Assembly: GCA_965227515.1 (NCBI GenBank)
Contig: CBDDFZ010000001.1
Coordinates: forward strand, 3,584,001-3,648,000
Length of the DNA stretch: 64,000 bases
Direction of reading: 5' to 3'
Origin: Alphaproteobacteria bacterium
GTDB taxonomy: Bacteria; Pseudomonadota; Alphaproteobacteria; CALKHQ01
Shown: piece by piece, positions 9,816-19,662 of the stretch
How the letters are laid out: every line of letters starts with the position of its first letter
Numbering within the stretch: position 1 is the stretch's first letter
The notes under the pieces: model-generated
Database searches by the model: none
What the model saw: only the letters and a program-made list of their open reading frames with translations
Told to the model about the DNA's origin: nothing
Position numbers and translations under genes: made by a program

Positions 9816-12532
9816 GCACACCGCCGCCACGCGCCACCTATCGGCTGCAGTTCCGCGAAGGCATGGACTTCGTGCGGGCGGCGACGCTCGCGCCCTATTG
9901 GCAAAGGCTGGGCATCAGCCATCTCTATGCGTCGCCCGTGGTCGCCGCGGCAACCGGGTCGACCCACGGCTATGACGTCGCCGACTTCAACGCCCTGGAA
10001 CCGTCGCTGGGCGGCGAGGCCGGATTCCGCGAGATGTGTGGCGCCCTGCGCGCGGCCGGGCTGGGATTGATCCTCGACTTCGTGCCGAACCACATGAGCG
10101 ATGCAAACGCCAATCCGTGGTGGTTCGACGTGCTGGAATGGGGCCCGCAAAGCCCCTTCGCCGGACATTTCGATATCGACTGGGAGAGCGGTCCACTGAT
10201 GCGGCCGCTTCTCGGCGAGCCCTATGGCGACGCGCTCGAGGCAGGCGCGCTGACATTCGATCTGGACGCGGCGGCCGGGCGCATCCATCTGCGCTACGGC
10301 GAGCATGAATTGCCGCTGACACCGCCGAGTTGCACCGTGCTGCTCGAACGCTCCGGCATCCCATCGCTTGCCGCGCTGGCGCCGGCATTCTCTGCGGCGA
10401 CGCCGGACAAGGCGGCCAATGTGCGCGGAGATTTCGTTCGGGCTCTCGCCGGCGACCACACGGCAGCGCAGTTGGCTGACGGGTTGGAGACCTTGTCCCG
10501 GAGTACAGAACTCGTGCACGCGGTCCACGAGGCACAGCATTGGCGGCTCGCGCTGTGGCGGGCGGCGCGCGACAGCCTGAACTACCGCCGCTTCTTCGAG
10601 ATCACCGGGCTGGTCGGCGTGCGGGTCGAGGACGTGGCCGTCTTCGACGACGTGCACCGGCTGCTGCTGCGGCTGATCGGCGAAGGTCTGGTCGACGGTA
10701 TCCGCCTCGATCACATCGACGGCCTCGCCGACCCGGCGGGATACCTGGACCGGCTACGCGCCGCCCTGCCGGCCGACCGCGCCATCCCGATCTATGTCGA
10801 GAAGATCCTGGAGCCCGGCGAGGACCTGCCGGCGGCATGGCCCGTGGACGGCACCACCGGCTACGAATTCACCGCGGCCGTGGCGACAGGGCTGGTCGAC
10901 GGCGCGGGCCTGGCGGCGCTGGGGACGACGTATGACGACTTCGTCGGCGTGCCTTCCGACTTCGAAGCCGAGGTGCGGGCGGCGAAGCTGCAGATCGTGT
11001 CGGAAAACCTGGCGGCCGAACTCGGCATTCTGACCAAGCTCGCCCTCGACCTCGCCGGGCGCCAGCTCGCCGCGCGCGACTATGGCGAGGACAGCCTGCG
11101 CCGCGCTGTGCGCGCGATGATCGTCGCGTTCCCGGTCTATCGCACCTATGTCAGCGCCAGCGGCGCGTCGTCGGCCGACCGAGCCCTGCTGGATGGGGTG
11201 TGCGGCCACGCCAAGGACGAGCCGGAGATCGAGGACCCGGGGACGGTCGACTTCGTCGCCAGCCTGCTACGGCTGGACGTGCCGGCCGAGGACAGGGACG
11301 ACGCCCTGCGCTTCGCCATCCGGTTCCAGCAGACCACCGGACCGGTGATGGCGAAGGCGCTGGAGGACACCGCCTTTTATCGCTGGCACCGGCTGATCGC
11401 GCTGAACGAGGTCGGCGGCGATCCCGTGCCCTCGGCCTGCGGGCCCGAAGCCTTCCACCAAGCGATGCTCAAACGGTCGGCGACACAACCGCATGGGTTG
11501 TCGGCAACAGCCACCCACGACACCAAGCGCGGCGAGGACGCTCGTGCGCGGCTCTATGCGCTGAGCGAGAACCCGGCCGGCTGGGCCACCGCCGTCGCCC
11601 GCTGGTCGGATATGAATGCGCCGTTGCGCACAGAACTGAACGATGGTCCGGCGCCCGAACCGGAAACCGAATGGATGATCTATCAGGCACTGCTCGGCGC
11701 CTGGCCACCGACACTCTCGCCGGACGACGACGCTGGTGTCGCGGCCCTGTCGGCGCGCTTCGCGGCCTTTCTGGAGAAGGCGCTGCGCGAGGCCAAGCGG
11801 CGCACCCGCTGGTCGGCCACCAACGACGCCTACGAGCGCGCGGTGCTGGACTTCGCCGCCGGGTTGTTCGCGTCGCCAAAATTCCTGGCCGATTTCCACG
11901 CGCACGGTCATGACGTCTGCCGCGCCGGCGCCATCAACAGCCTTGCCCAGCTCTTGCTCAAACTGACCGCGCCCGGCGTGCCCGACATCTACCAGGGCAC
12001 CGAGTTCTGGGACCACAGCATGGTCGACCCGGACAACCGCCAAGCCGTGCCGTTCGATGACCTTGCGCTGGCCCTGAACGGCATGGCGGGCGCATCTGTT
12101 GCGAACATGCTCGCCAACTGGCGTGAGGGACTGCCCAAACTGCATCTGATGCAGGCGGTGCTGGCAGCACGGCGCGACCGACCCACACTTTTTGCAGAGG
12201 GCGACTATCGCCCGCTGGAACTGCGTGGGACGCACGCCGGCAACGCGATCGCGTTTGCCCGCACCCACGGGGCGCAGACTGCCCTGGTCATCGCGCCCCG
12301 GTGCGTGCTCGCCATGCTGCCGCTCGGCGACGGCATCGCGATTCCGGCTGAGGCCTGGGGCGATACCGCCATGGTCCTGCCCGGGGACATTGCCGCCGAT
12401 CAGACCACCGGCGAATGGCGCGATATCGTCACAGGCGCGAGCATGAGCACGGATGGCCCCGCCCTGCCCCTCGCCAGCCTGCCCCTCGCCAGTCTTTTTG
12501 CCAACTTCCCCGTTGCGTGCCTGGTGGCGTAG
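9812..12532 (+). CDS. treY: Malto-oligosyltrehalose synthase
   Basis: Starts MSTPPPRATYRLQF (ATGA overlap with treZ); STHGYDV, DFVPNHM, RLDHIDGLADP, THDTKRGED. Confidence 0.95.
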   Translation: MSTPPPRATYRLQFREGMDFVRAATLAPYWQRLGISHLYASPVVAAATGSTHGYDVADFNALEPSLGGEAGFREMCGALRAAGLGLILDFVPNHMSDANANPWWFDVLEWGPQSPFAGHFDIDWESGPLMRPLLGEPYGDALEAGALTFDLDAAAGRIHLRYGEHELPLTPPSCTVLLERSGIPSLAALAPAFSAATPDKAANVRGDFVRALAGDHTAAQLADGLETLSRSTELVHAVHEAQHWRLALWRAARDSLNYRRFFEITGLVGVRVEDVAVFDDVHRLLLRLIGEGLVDGIRLDHIDGLADPAGYLDRLRAALPADRAIPIYVEKILEPGEDLPAAWPVDGTTGYEFTAAVATGLVDGAGLAALGTTYDDFVGVPSDFEAEVRAAKLQIVSENLAAELGILTKLALDLAGRQLAARDYGEDSLRRAVRAMIVAFPVYRTYVSASGASSADRALLDGVCGHAKDEPEIEDPGTVDFVASLLRLDVPAEDRDDALRFAIRFQQTTGPVMAKALEDTAFYRWHRLIALNEVGGDPVPSACGPEAFHQAMLKRSATQPHGLSATATHDTKRGEDARARLYALSENPAGWATAVARWSDMNAPLRTELNDGPAPEPETEWMIYQALLGAWPPTLSPDDDAGVAALSARFAAFLEKALREAKRRTRWSATNDAYERAVLDFAAGLFASPKFLADFHAHGHDVCRAGAINSLAQLLLKLTAPGVPDIYQGTEFWDHSMVDPDNRQAVPFDDLALALNGMAGASVANMLANWREGLPKLHLMQAVLAARRDRPTLFAEGDYRPLELRGTHAGNAIAFARTHGAQTALVIAPRCVLAMLPLGDGIAIPAEAWGDTAMVLPGDIAADQTTGEWRDIVTGASMSTDGPALPLASLPLASLFANFPVACLVA

Positions 12533-12605
12533 GCAGCCATCTCCCGACCAGCACAGCGTTTCGCGCACTGCCGAACGGGCTGCGCAAATTTAGCGACGGA
12601 TGCCG

Positions 12606-12658
12606 TTGACACGACCGCGGCCCCAAATCTAACATCACAACTCAACTAAAATATTAGT
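12606..12658 (+). promoter_or_regulatory. Putative sigma70 promoter and GntR operator for the TRAP operon
   Basis: TTGACA (12606-11), 18 bp spacer, TAACAT (12630-35); palindrome ACTAA-aata-TTAGT at 12645-58. Confidence 0.55.
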
Positions 12659-12697
12659 CTGAACAGCGTCGCAAGGCGCTCTTGGGGAGGAGCTGGA

Positions 12698-13675
12698 ATG
12701 AACAAGCATCTGAAACTGCTGGGTATGTCGGTGGCCGTCGCCACCTTCGGCATCGCCGTGCCGGCGCTGGCGGAAACGACTCTGCGCATCGGCACCGTGC
12801 TGGCACCCGACGATCCGATGGGCCAGGGGCTGGACAAGTTCGCGGCCGAGGTCGAGGAAGCCACCAACGGCGAAGTCGTGGTCGAGGTCTTCCACAACTC
12901 GCAGCTCGGCGACACCACCGAGATGCTGGACCAGGCCCGTGCCGGCGCCAATGTCGGCACCGTCACCGACGTGGCCCGTCTCTCCAGCTTCGTGCCGTCG
13001 CTGGCGATCATGTCGGCGCCGTTCCTGTTCGACACCTACGATGACGCCGACAAGTTCGCGCTGTCGGAGGAATATCTGGGCTGGGGCGACCAGCTCGCCG
13101 AGGAAGCCGGCGTGGTGATGCTGGCCTCCAACTGGTACCAGGGCGCGCGCCACGCGCTGACCCAGATGCCGATCTCCGGCCCGGCCGACCTGGCCGGCGT
13201 GCGCATGCGCACCATCGGCGCGCCGGTCTGGATCGAGACCATCCGCGCGATGGGTGCGGAGCCGACCCCGATGGCCTGGGGAGAGGTCTACTCGGCCCTG
13301 CAGACCGGCACGCTGGATGCCGCCGAGGCACAGCCGACCGCGATCTGGGGCGCCAAGCTCTATGAGGTCATCAACAACGTCACCCTGACCGGGCACATCC
13401 AGCTCGTCACCGCGCTGGTGATCGGCAAAGAGACCTGGGACGAGATCTCGCCGGAGAACCAGGAGATCGTGCGCAACCTGGCGGTCGAGAACGGGCGCTA
13501 TGCCTCCGGGCTCACCATCGAGCTTGGCGAGGAAGCGCTAAAAAACGTCGAAGCCGCCGGCGTCGCGGTCAGCGACGTCGACCTTGCCCCGTTCAAGGAG
13601 GCGGTTGCCGGCGTCTACGAACTGCTCGACCTCACAGCCGAAGCCGAGATCGTCAAGTCGGTCCTGGCTGAATAA
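12698..13675 (+). CDS. dctP: TRAP transporter substrate-binding protein
   Basis: Signal peptide; FHNSQLG, GVRMR, PMAWGEVYSALQTGTLDAAE. Confidence 0.93.
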   Translation: MNKHLKLLGMSVAVATFGIAVPALAETTLRIGTVLAPDDPMGQGLDKFAAEVEEATNGEVVVEVFHNSQLGDTTEMLDQARAGANVGTVTDVARLSSFVPSLAIMSAPFLFDTYDDADKFALSEEYLGWGDQLAEEAGVVMLASNWYQGARHALTQMPISGPADLAGVRMRTIGAPVWIETIRAMGAEPTPMAWGEVYSALQTGTLDAAEAQPTAIWGAKLYEVINNVTLTGHIQLVTALVIGKETWDEISPENQEIVRNLAVENGRYASGLTIELGEEALKNVEAAGVAVSDVDLAPFKEAVAGVYELLDLTAEAEIVKSVLAE

Positions 13676-13717
13676 CCCCCCAGACGGCGCGGGCAATCGA
13701 CAGGCGCGATACCGCGC

Positions 13718-14173
13718 ATGTATCAGCGTGTTGAGATTGCCTGCGCCGTCACCTTTTTCGCGGCCATCGTCGTCCTGGTGGGCGTCGCCTCGGTCGCCCG
13801 CGCGGCCGGATCGCCGATCATCTGGTCGGTCGAGATCGCGCAACTCCTGTTCGCCTGGGTGTGCATGCTGGCGGCCGACGTGGCCATGCAGCACAACCGC
13901 CACTTCGGTCTGTCGATCCTGCGCGACAATTTGCGACCCCGCGCCGCGCAGGTCGTCGAACTGGTCAACCTGCTGGTGATGATCGGCCTGCTCGGCTTCC
14001 TGCTGGTCTACGCGGTCGAGAACACCATTCTGATGCACCCGCGCCTGATCGGCGCCACCCAGATGAACGCCTCGCTCGTCCATGCCTCGATGCCGGTCGG
14101 CCTGGCGCTTCTGCTGCGCACCCTCCTCGTGAAGCTCTGGCGCGCCGTTGCCGGATTGCGCGGCGCAGCCTGA
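13718..14173 (+). CDS. dctQ: TRAP transporter small permease
   Basis: About 4 TM helices, WSVEIA motif, position between dctP and dctM. Confidence 0.88.
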   Translation: MYQRVEIACAVTFFAAIVVLVGVASVARAAGSPIIWSVEIAQLLFAWVCMLAADVAMQHNRHFGLSILRDNLRPRAAQVVELVNLLVMIGLLGFLLVYAVENTILMHPRLIGATQMNASLVHASMPVGLALLLRTLLVKLWRAVAGLRGAA

Positions 14174-15453
14174 TGCTCGGCCTCATCGCCCTGCTGTTCG
14201 CGGTCTTCCTGTTCGCGGGCCTGCCCATCGCCTTCGCGTTGGCGCTGGCGGCGATCCCGGTGTTCACACTGACCGGGACCATGCCGCCCACCGTCGTGCT
14301 GCAGAAGATGGTCACCGCGACCCAGAACTTCCCGCTGCTGGCGGTGCCGTTCTTCATCCTGGCCGGCAATCTGATGAACGCGACCGGCATCACCGAGCGG
14401 CTGATCCGGTTCGCGCGCCTGTTGAGCGGCTGGATGGCCGGTGGACTGGCTCAGGTCTCCATCGTGCTCAGCCTGATGATGGGCGGCGTGTCCGGCTCCG
14501 CGGTCGCCGACGCCTCCATGGAATCGCGCCTGCTCGGCCCGGGCATGCTGGCGCAGAAATACTCCAAGGGCGTGACGGCGGCGGTCCTGGCCTTCGGGTC
14601 GATCATCACCGCCACCATCCCGCCGAGCATCGGCCTGATCCTGTTCGGCTACATCAACGAGGTGTCGATCGGCCGCCTGTTCCTGGCCGGCATCATTCCC
14701 GGCGCCTTGCTGACCGCCGTGCTGATGGTGACGTGCTGGATCGTCGCCAAGCGCCGCGGCTACCAGCCCGACCTGGAGCGCCTGCCGACAGCGCGCGAGC
14801 TCGGCGCCAGCTTCGTCGACAGCATCTGGGCGCTGATGTTCCCGATCATCCTGATCGTCGGTTTCCGGTTCGGCTTCTTCACCGCGACCGAGGCGGGCGT
14901 GTTCCTGGTGTTCTACGCCTTCATCATCGGCGTGGCGGTCTATCGGGAGCTTGACTTCAAGAAGATGTACGAGGCGTTCAAGCACTCCATCAACGATCTC
15001 GGCATGGTGATGCTGTTGATCATGATGGCGGCCGTTCTCGGCTATGCCGTCACCATCGAGCGCGCGCCGCAGGAGATCACGGAGTTCGTCACCACCCTGA
15101 CCGCCGACCCGCTGGTGACGCTGCTGCTGATCGTCGCCGTGCTGGTGATCAGCGGCATGTTCCTGGAAGGGGCCGCCAACATATTGCTGGTGACGCCCAT
15201 CGTGATGCCGGTGCTAGTTGCGGCCGATTACAACCCGGTCCACCTCGGCATCCTGATGGTGACGCTGGTCAACTTCGGCGGCCTGACACCGCCGGTCGGC
15301 GTCATTATGTTCACGGTCTGCGGCATCCTCGACACCAAGTCGGGCGAGTATACAAAGGCCGCCCTGCCGTTCTTTCTTGCCTTTGGTGTGTTCTTCGCGC
15401 TCCTGGTCGCCTTCCCCGACCTGAGCCTGTTCCTGCCCGACCTGTTGATGTAG
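14173..15453 (+). CDS. dctM: TRAP transporter large permease
   Basis: From MLGLIALL; LLAVPFFILAGNLM, GGVSGSAVAD, IPPSI, TPPVG. Confidence 0.93.
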   Translation: MLGLIALLFAVFLFAGLPIAFALALAAIPVFTLTGTMPPTVVLQKMVTATQNFPLLAVPFFILAGNLMNATGITERLIRFARLLSGWMAGGLAQVSIVLSLMMGGVSGSAVADASMESRLLGPGMLAQKYSKGVTAAVLAFGSIITATIPPSIGLILFGYINEVSIGRLFLAGIIPGALLTAVLMVTCWIVAKRRGYQPDLERLPTARELGASFVDSIWALMFPIILIVGFRFGFFTATEAGVFLVFYAFIIGVAVYRELDFKKMYEAFKHSINDLGMVMLLIMMAAVLGYAVTIERAPQEITEFVTTLTADPLVTLLLIVAVLVISGMFLEGAANILLVTPIVMPVLVAADYNPVHLGILMVTLVNFGGLTPPVGVIMFTVCGILDTKSGEYTKAALPFFLAFGVFFALLVAFPDLSLFLPDLLM

Positions 15454-15477
15454 CGATGCGCGATTTGGACACCTGCC

Positions 15478-16203
15478 ATGCCGGTTAGCACCCTGACGGC
15501 GAAGCTGTTGGAGGAGGCACGCGAAGCCTCCGGCCAGGCACTGACCGGCGCCGCCGCCAAGCGCGTCTATGCCGGCTTGCGCGCCAAGATTTTGAACCTT
15601 GAGCTCAGGCCCGACGCCATTGTGGCGCGCAGCGAGGTTGCGCTGGAGTTCGGCGTCAGCCAGTCGCCGGTGCGCGAGGCGATCCAGAAGCTGACCCAGG
15701 ACGGCCTTGTCATCTCCTATCCGCAGTCGCGAACCGTGGTGTCGCGCATCGACCTCGACCACGCCCGCGAGGCACAGTACCTGCGCCGCAGCGTCGAGAT
15801 CGAGGTGGTGCGCGAGCTGACCAAGGCCGCGGACGCCGCGTCGCTGGCGCCAGCGCACCGCCTGTTGCGCATGCAACGGCTGGCGGCCGAGGACAACGAC
15901 ATCGCCGAGTTCAAGGCGCTCGACAGCCTGTTCCACCTCTCGCTGTTCGAGGCGGCGGGCATCCCGGGGCTGTTCCACATCGTGGCCGGCACGGCGGGGC
16001 ACATCGATCGGCTGCGGCGCCTCAACCTGCCCGACCCGGGCAAGATGGCAAGCGTGCTCCACGACCACGAGCAGGTGCTGGCCGCGATCGGCTCCGGCGA
16101 CGAGGCGGCCGCGGAACGCGCCATGCGCACGCACTTGTCCGGCACGCTGAGCGCGGCGGAGGAAATCCGCCAGAAACACCCGGACTTCTTCCTGGATCGC
16201 TGA
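15478..16203 (+). CDS. GntR (FadR/FCD) family transcriptional regulator
   Basis: HTH FGVSQSPVREA; FCD domain with LDSLFH and HEQVLAAI. Confidence 0.9.
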   Translation: MPVSTLTAKLLEEAREASGQALTGAAAKRVYAGLRAKILNLELRPDAIVARSEVALEFGVSQSPVREAIQKLTQDGLVISYPQSRTVVSRIDLDHAREAQYLRRSVEIEVVRELTKAADAASLAPAHRLLRMQRLAAEDNDIAEFKALDSLFHLSLFEAAGIPGLFHIVAGTAGHIDRLRRLNLPDPGKMASVLHDHEQVLAAIGSGDEAAAERAMRTHLSGTLSAAEEIRQKHPDFFLDR

Positions 16204-16211
16204 GCACCCAA

Positions 16212-17126
16212 TCAGGTCAGGGCGGCGGCGTCCAGCCTTGCGGACAGCTCCTTCACGAACGCCTGGGTCGCCGCAATCGGCCGGCGCTCGCGCGAGATCA
16301 CGATCGACAGGCTGAGGTCGCGCATGTGCGGTTCCGACAGCGGGATCGCGACCAGCGTGCCGGCGGCAAGGTCGTCGAGAAATCCAAGCCGGGTGTAGAA
16401 CGCGATGCCGACGCCGGCCAGCAGAACGTTGCGGTTGAGCGTCGAGGTATTGGCGGTCACGACCGAGTGCGCCATGACCCGCGCCTCGGCGAGTTCCGAT
16501 TCCAGCACCGAGCGGATCGGCTCGTTATCGCCCTGTGCCACCAGCGGGTAGTGGGCGCACTCGGCGAATGTGGTCGACTGCCGGGTGGCGAGCGGATGGC
16601 CAGGCGCCACGATGGCGCACAGCGGCGCCGGCACCTGGTGCACGATTTCGACGCTGGCGACGTTGCCCTGGTAGAAGGTGATGCCGACGTCCGCCTTGGC
16701 GTCGCTGACCCGTTTGACGATATCGCCCGGCCCGCAGGCGGTGATAGCGAACTGCACCCGTGGGTTGGCGGCAATGAAATTGGTCAAGGCATCGGGCAGC
16801 AGGCGCAGCATCAGGCTGTCGACGCTGGCAATGCGCACCAGGCCGGTGCGCACCCCTTGCAGCGCGTCGATGTCCGCCCGCGTGCGGTCGTACTCGGCCA
16901 GCGTCGCGCGGGCGTGGCGCACCATCACCTCGCCAGCCGCGGTCAGGCGCAGACCGTCTGGCACACGCTCGAAGAGCTCGGTGCCGATGGACCGCTCCAG
17001 CTTGAGTATCTGCCGATTGACCGCGGAGGCGGCGATGTTGAGGCGGGCCGCCGCCTTGCGGATCGATCCGGACCGCGCAACCTCGTCGAGATAGCGCAGC
17101 ACGGCCGCATGGACGGCGTCGGTCAT
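16212..17126 (-). CDS. LysR family transcriptional regulator
   Basis: GSIRKAAARLNIAASAVNRQILKLE...LFER. Confidence 0.93.
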   Translation of the reverse strand: MTDAVHAAVLRYLDEVARSGSIRKAAARLNIAASAVNRQILKLERSIGTELFERVPDGLRLTAAGEVMVRHARATLAEYDRTRADIDALQGVRTGLVRIASVDSLMLRLLPDALTNFIAANPRVQFAITACGPGDIVKRVSDAKADVGITFYQGNVASVEIVHQVPAPLCAIVAPGHPLATRQSTTFAECAHYPLVAQGDNEPIRSVLESELAEARVMAHSVVTANTSTLNRNVLLAGVGIAFYTRLGFLDDLAAGTLVAIPLSEPHMRDLSLSIVISRERRPIAATQAFVKELSARLDAAALT

Positions 17127-17157
17127 CGCCCTGCCCCGTCCGCACGATGGCCAGCGT

Positions 17158-17484
17158 TCAGGCCTTCGGCTTCGCCGCCACCACCGGGTGGTCCTTGTCG
17201 GTGCGATAGGTATCGCTCAGGCCGCCGGGCTCGCCCCACCCTGTCACCTCCGGGCCGAAGAATTCGCGGTTCACTGCCGTGTAGAGCGTATCATCGCCCT
17301 CGAGTTCGTCCTCGTGGAAAATCGCCTCGACCGGGCAGACCGAGACGCACAGGCCGCAATTGATGCACTCGTCGGGCTGGATGTAGAACATGCGCCCGCC
17401 CTCGTAGATGCAGTCGACCGGGCAGACCCGCGCACAGGTGCCGTCCTTCACATCGATGCACGGCGCGATAATGACGTAGGTCAT
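17158..17484 (-). CDS. Dicluster (7Fe/8Fe, FdxA-like) ferredoxin
   Basis: MTYVIIAPCIDVKDGTCARVCPVDCIYEG...CINCGLCVSVCP. Confidence 0.9.
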   Translation of the reverse strand: MTYVIIAPCIDVKDGTCARVCPVDCIYEGGRMFYIQPDECINCGLCVSVCPVEAIFHEDELEGDDTLYTAVNREFFGPEVTGWGEPGGLSDTYRTDKDHPVVAAKPKA

Positions 17485-17499
17485 GGGTGGGAAAAGGCT

Positions 17500-17677
17500 C
17501 GTCGCCCTCGCCCTTGTGGCGAGGGCCCATCGGCCCGGCCGGCGTGATCTCTGCAAGACCGCTTCGAACGCGGACCCAACCCGGTTGGGTTGGATTGCAC
17601 CGAGTGCGAATGCCTTGTGACGGCACGACTGGAGCATGGCTCACGAATGGGTCCTCGCCACAAGGGCGAGGACGACG
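17500..17677. repeat. REP/MITE-like element, copy 1 (31-bp inverted arms)
   Basis: cgtcgccctcgcccttgtggcgagggcccat (17500-30) and atgggtcctcgccacaagggcgaggacgacg (17647-77); same arms as 32288-32443. Confidence 0.85.
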
Positions 17678-17695
17678 GATGAGGAGTGGGAGTGT

Positions 17696-18472
17696 TCACC
17701 GCCCCTGCCATTCGGGTTGGCGCTTTTCCTGGAAGGCGCGCACGCCTTCGGCGGAATCGCTGCTCTGCAGGGCGGCCATCAGGGCCGGCGTGCCGGCGGC
17801 CTGGGCCTCGGCCGGGGAAAGCTGCGCGGTGCGGCGCGTCACCTGCTTGATGGCGCGGTTGCTGAGCGGCGCGTTCTTTAGTACGTCGGCAACCCAACTG
17901 TCGACCGCGGCGTCCAGGTCGGCCAACGGCACCACCTCGTTGACCAGGCCCCAGCGCGCCGCCTCCTCGGCGGGCACGCGCCGGCCGGTCAGCATCAGGC
18001 CCATCGCCAGATTGTGCGGCACCTTGCGCTGCAGCAGGACCATGCCACCGTCGAGCGGCAGGTAGCCGACGCGCGGCTCCGGCAGGCCGAACTGCGCGTT
18101 GTCCGACGCCACCACAATATCGCAGCCCAGCACCATCTCCATGCCCCCGCCGAGCGCAAACCCATTGACGCGCGCGATCACCGGTACGTCCAGCGTCTCG
18201 CGCAGCGCGATGCCGCCGAACCCGCCGGGCCGGGCCCGCGCCCAGTACTCCAGGCCGGAGACGTGGTCGCCGGACTTCAGGTCCCAGCCGGCGCAGAATG
18301 ACTTCTCGCCGCTGCCGGTCAGCACCACGCAGCGCACGTCCGCGTCGGCCTCGATCTCATCCCAGATCTCCAGCAGCCGTGCCTCGGTCGCGGCGTCGAC
18401 CGCGTTCAGCCGTTCCGGCCGGTCGAGCGTGACCCGGGCGACATGGCCATCGCGTTCCAGGCGAACCGTCAT
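17696..18472 (-). CDS. Enoyl-CoA hydratase/isomerase family protein
   Basis: FCAGWDL, PVIARVNGFALGGGMEMVLGCD, FGLPE. Confidence 0.93.
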   Translation of the reverse strand: MTVRLERDGHVARVTLDRPERLNAVDAATEARLLEIWDEIEADADVRCVVLTGSGEKSFCAGWDLKSGDHVSGLEYWARARPGGFGGIALRETLDVPVIARVNGFALGGGMEMVLGCDIVVASDNAQFGLPEPRVGYLPLDGGMVLLQRKVPHNLAMGLMLTGRRVPAEEAARWGLVNEVVPLADLDAAVDSWVADVLKNAPLSNRAIKQVTRRTAQLSPAEAQAAGTPALMAALQSSDSAEGVRAFQEKRQPEWQGR

Positions 18473-19662
18473 GCCACCTTGTCCGCCGGCGCCGACAGGC
18501 CCAGCTCGGCGAGAATCTCGTCGTTATGGGCGCCCAGCGTCGGCGGCTTGTGCCGGACGGTCAGCGGCGCGTCGTCCATTGTAATCGGCGTGCCGAGCAG
18601 GCGCACCGGACCGGCGGCGGTCTTTCCGGCTTCCACGATCATCTTGTTGACGATGGTCTGCTCGTCTTCCAGCGCCTCGGCCAGCGAGCGCACCGGCGCG
18701 TTCAGGATATCGACCCCCTCCAGGCGCTCCAGCCAGTGTGCGGTAGACTTCGTGGCGAAGCACTTCTCGAAGATCTTGTGCAGCTCGGCGCGGTTTTCCA
18801 TTTGCGCGTCGAAGTCGGCATAGTCCGGCTTCTTCGACAGATCGTCGATCTCCAGCGCCTCGCAGATGTTGCGCAGCGGGTTCTCCTTGAACGCGCCGAC
18901 CATGACGATGGCGCCGTCAGTGGTCTCGAACACCCCGGAGAGCGGGAACGCCGCCCAGTTCAGGTCCTTCTTGCGCATCATCCAGGCCGCCGCTTCCTGC
19001 ATCTGCATCGCCAGGATCGAGCTGTAGAGGCTGACTGAGACTTGCTGGCCGACGCCGGTCTTTTCCCGCTGCAACAGGGCGAGCAGGATGCCCTGCACCA
19101 GGTGCATGCCGGCGGAGTAGTCGCACAGCGTGGTGGAGTAGATCGCGGTCGGGTGCGTGGGGTCGGACTTGCGGTGCATGACGCCCGACATCGCCTGGGC
19201 CAGCACGTCCTGCCCGCCCTTGTGGACGTAGGGACCCTCCAGGCCATAGCCGGTGCCCACCGCATATATCAGGCGCGGGTTGCGCTTCTTCAGGTCCTCG
19301 AACCCGAAGCCCATGCGCTCCATCACGCCCACGCGGAAGTTGTTCACCACTACGTCGGCGGTGTCGATCAACTGCAACACCGCCTCTTTCGTCGCCGGGT
19401 CCTTCAGGTCGACCGAGAACGAGCGCTTGTTGCGGTTCAGCGAGCAGAACACAGGGTTGTTCAGGCCGTCGGGGTCCTTGCCCACCGACCAGCGCGACAG
19501 GTCGCCGACCTTCTGCTTCTCGATCTTGATCACGTCGGCGCCGTAGTCCGCCAGCATCTGGGTGCAGCACGGCCCCAGCATCACCTGGGTGAAGTCGACC
19601 ACGCGCACGCCATCGAGCGGGAGCGGCGCCTGCCCCGGCGCGTGTTGGGAGTGTTCGGTCAT
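18469..19662 (-). CDS. Family III CoA-transferase (CaiB/BaiF)
   Basis: PLDGVRVVDFTQ, GADVIKIE, NRNKRS, NFRVGVMERMG. Confidence 0.93.
   Translation of the reverse strand: MTEHSQHAPGQAPLPLDGVRVVDFTQVMLGPCCTQMLADYGADVIKIEKQKVGDLSRWSVGKDPDGLNNPVFCSLNRNKRSFSVDLKDPATKEAVLQLIDTADVVVNNFRVGVMERMGFGFEDLKKRNPRLIYAVGTGYGLEGPYVHKGGQDVLAQAMSGVMHRKSDPTHPTAIYSTTLCDYSAGMHLVQGILLALLQREKTGVGQQVSVSLYSSILAMQMQEAAAWMMRKKDLNWAAFPLSGVFETTDGAIVMVGAFKENPLRNICEALEIDDLSKKPDYADFDAQMENRAELHKIFEKCFATKSTAHWLERLEGVDILNAPVRSLAEALEDEQTIVNKMIVEAGKTAAGPVRLLGTPITMDDAPLTVRHKPPTLGAHNDEILAELGLSAPADKVA

Noticed and set aside
12464-12493. 15-bp tandem duplication (LPLAS x2) at the treY 3' end
   Set aside because: In-frame slippage in a variable C-terminus; no evident function
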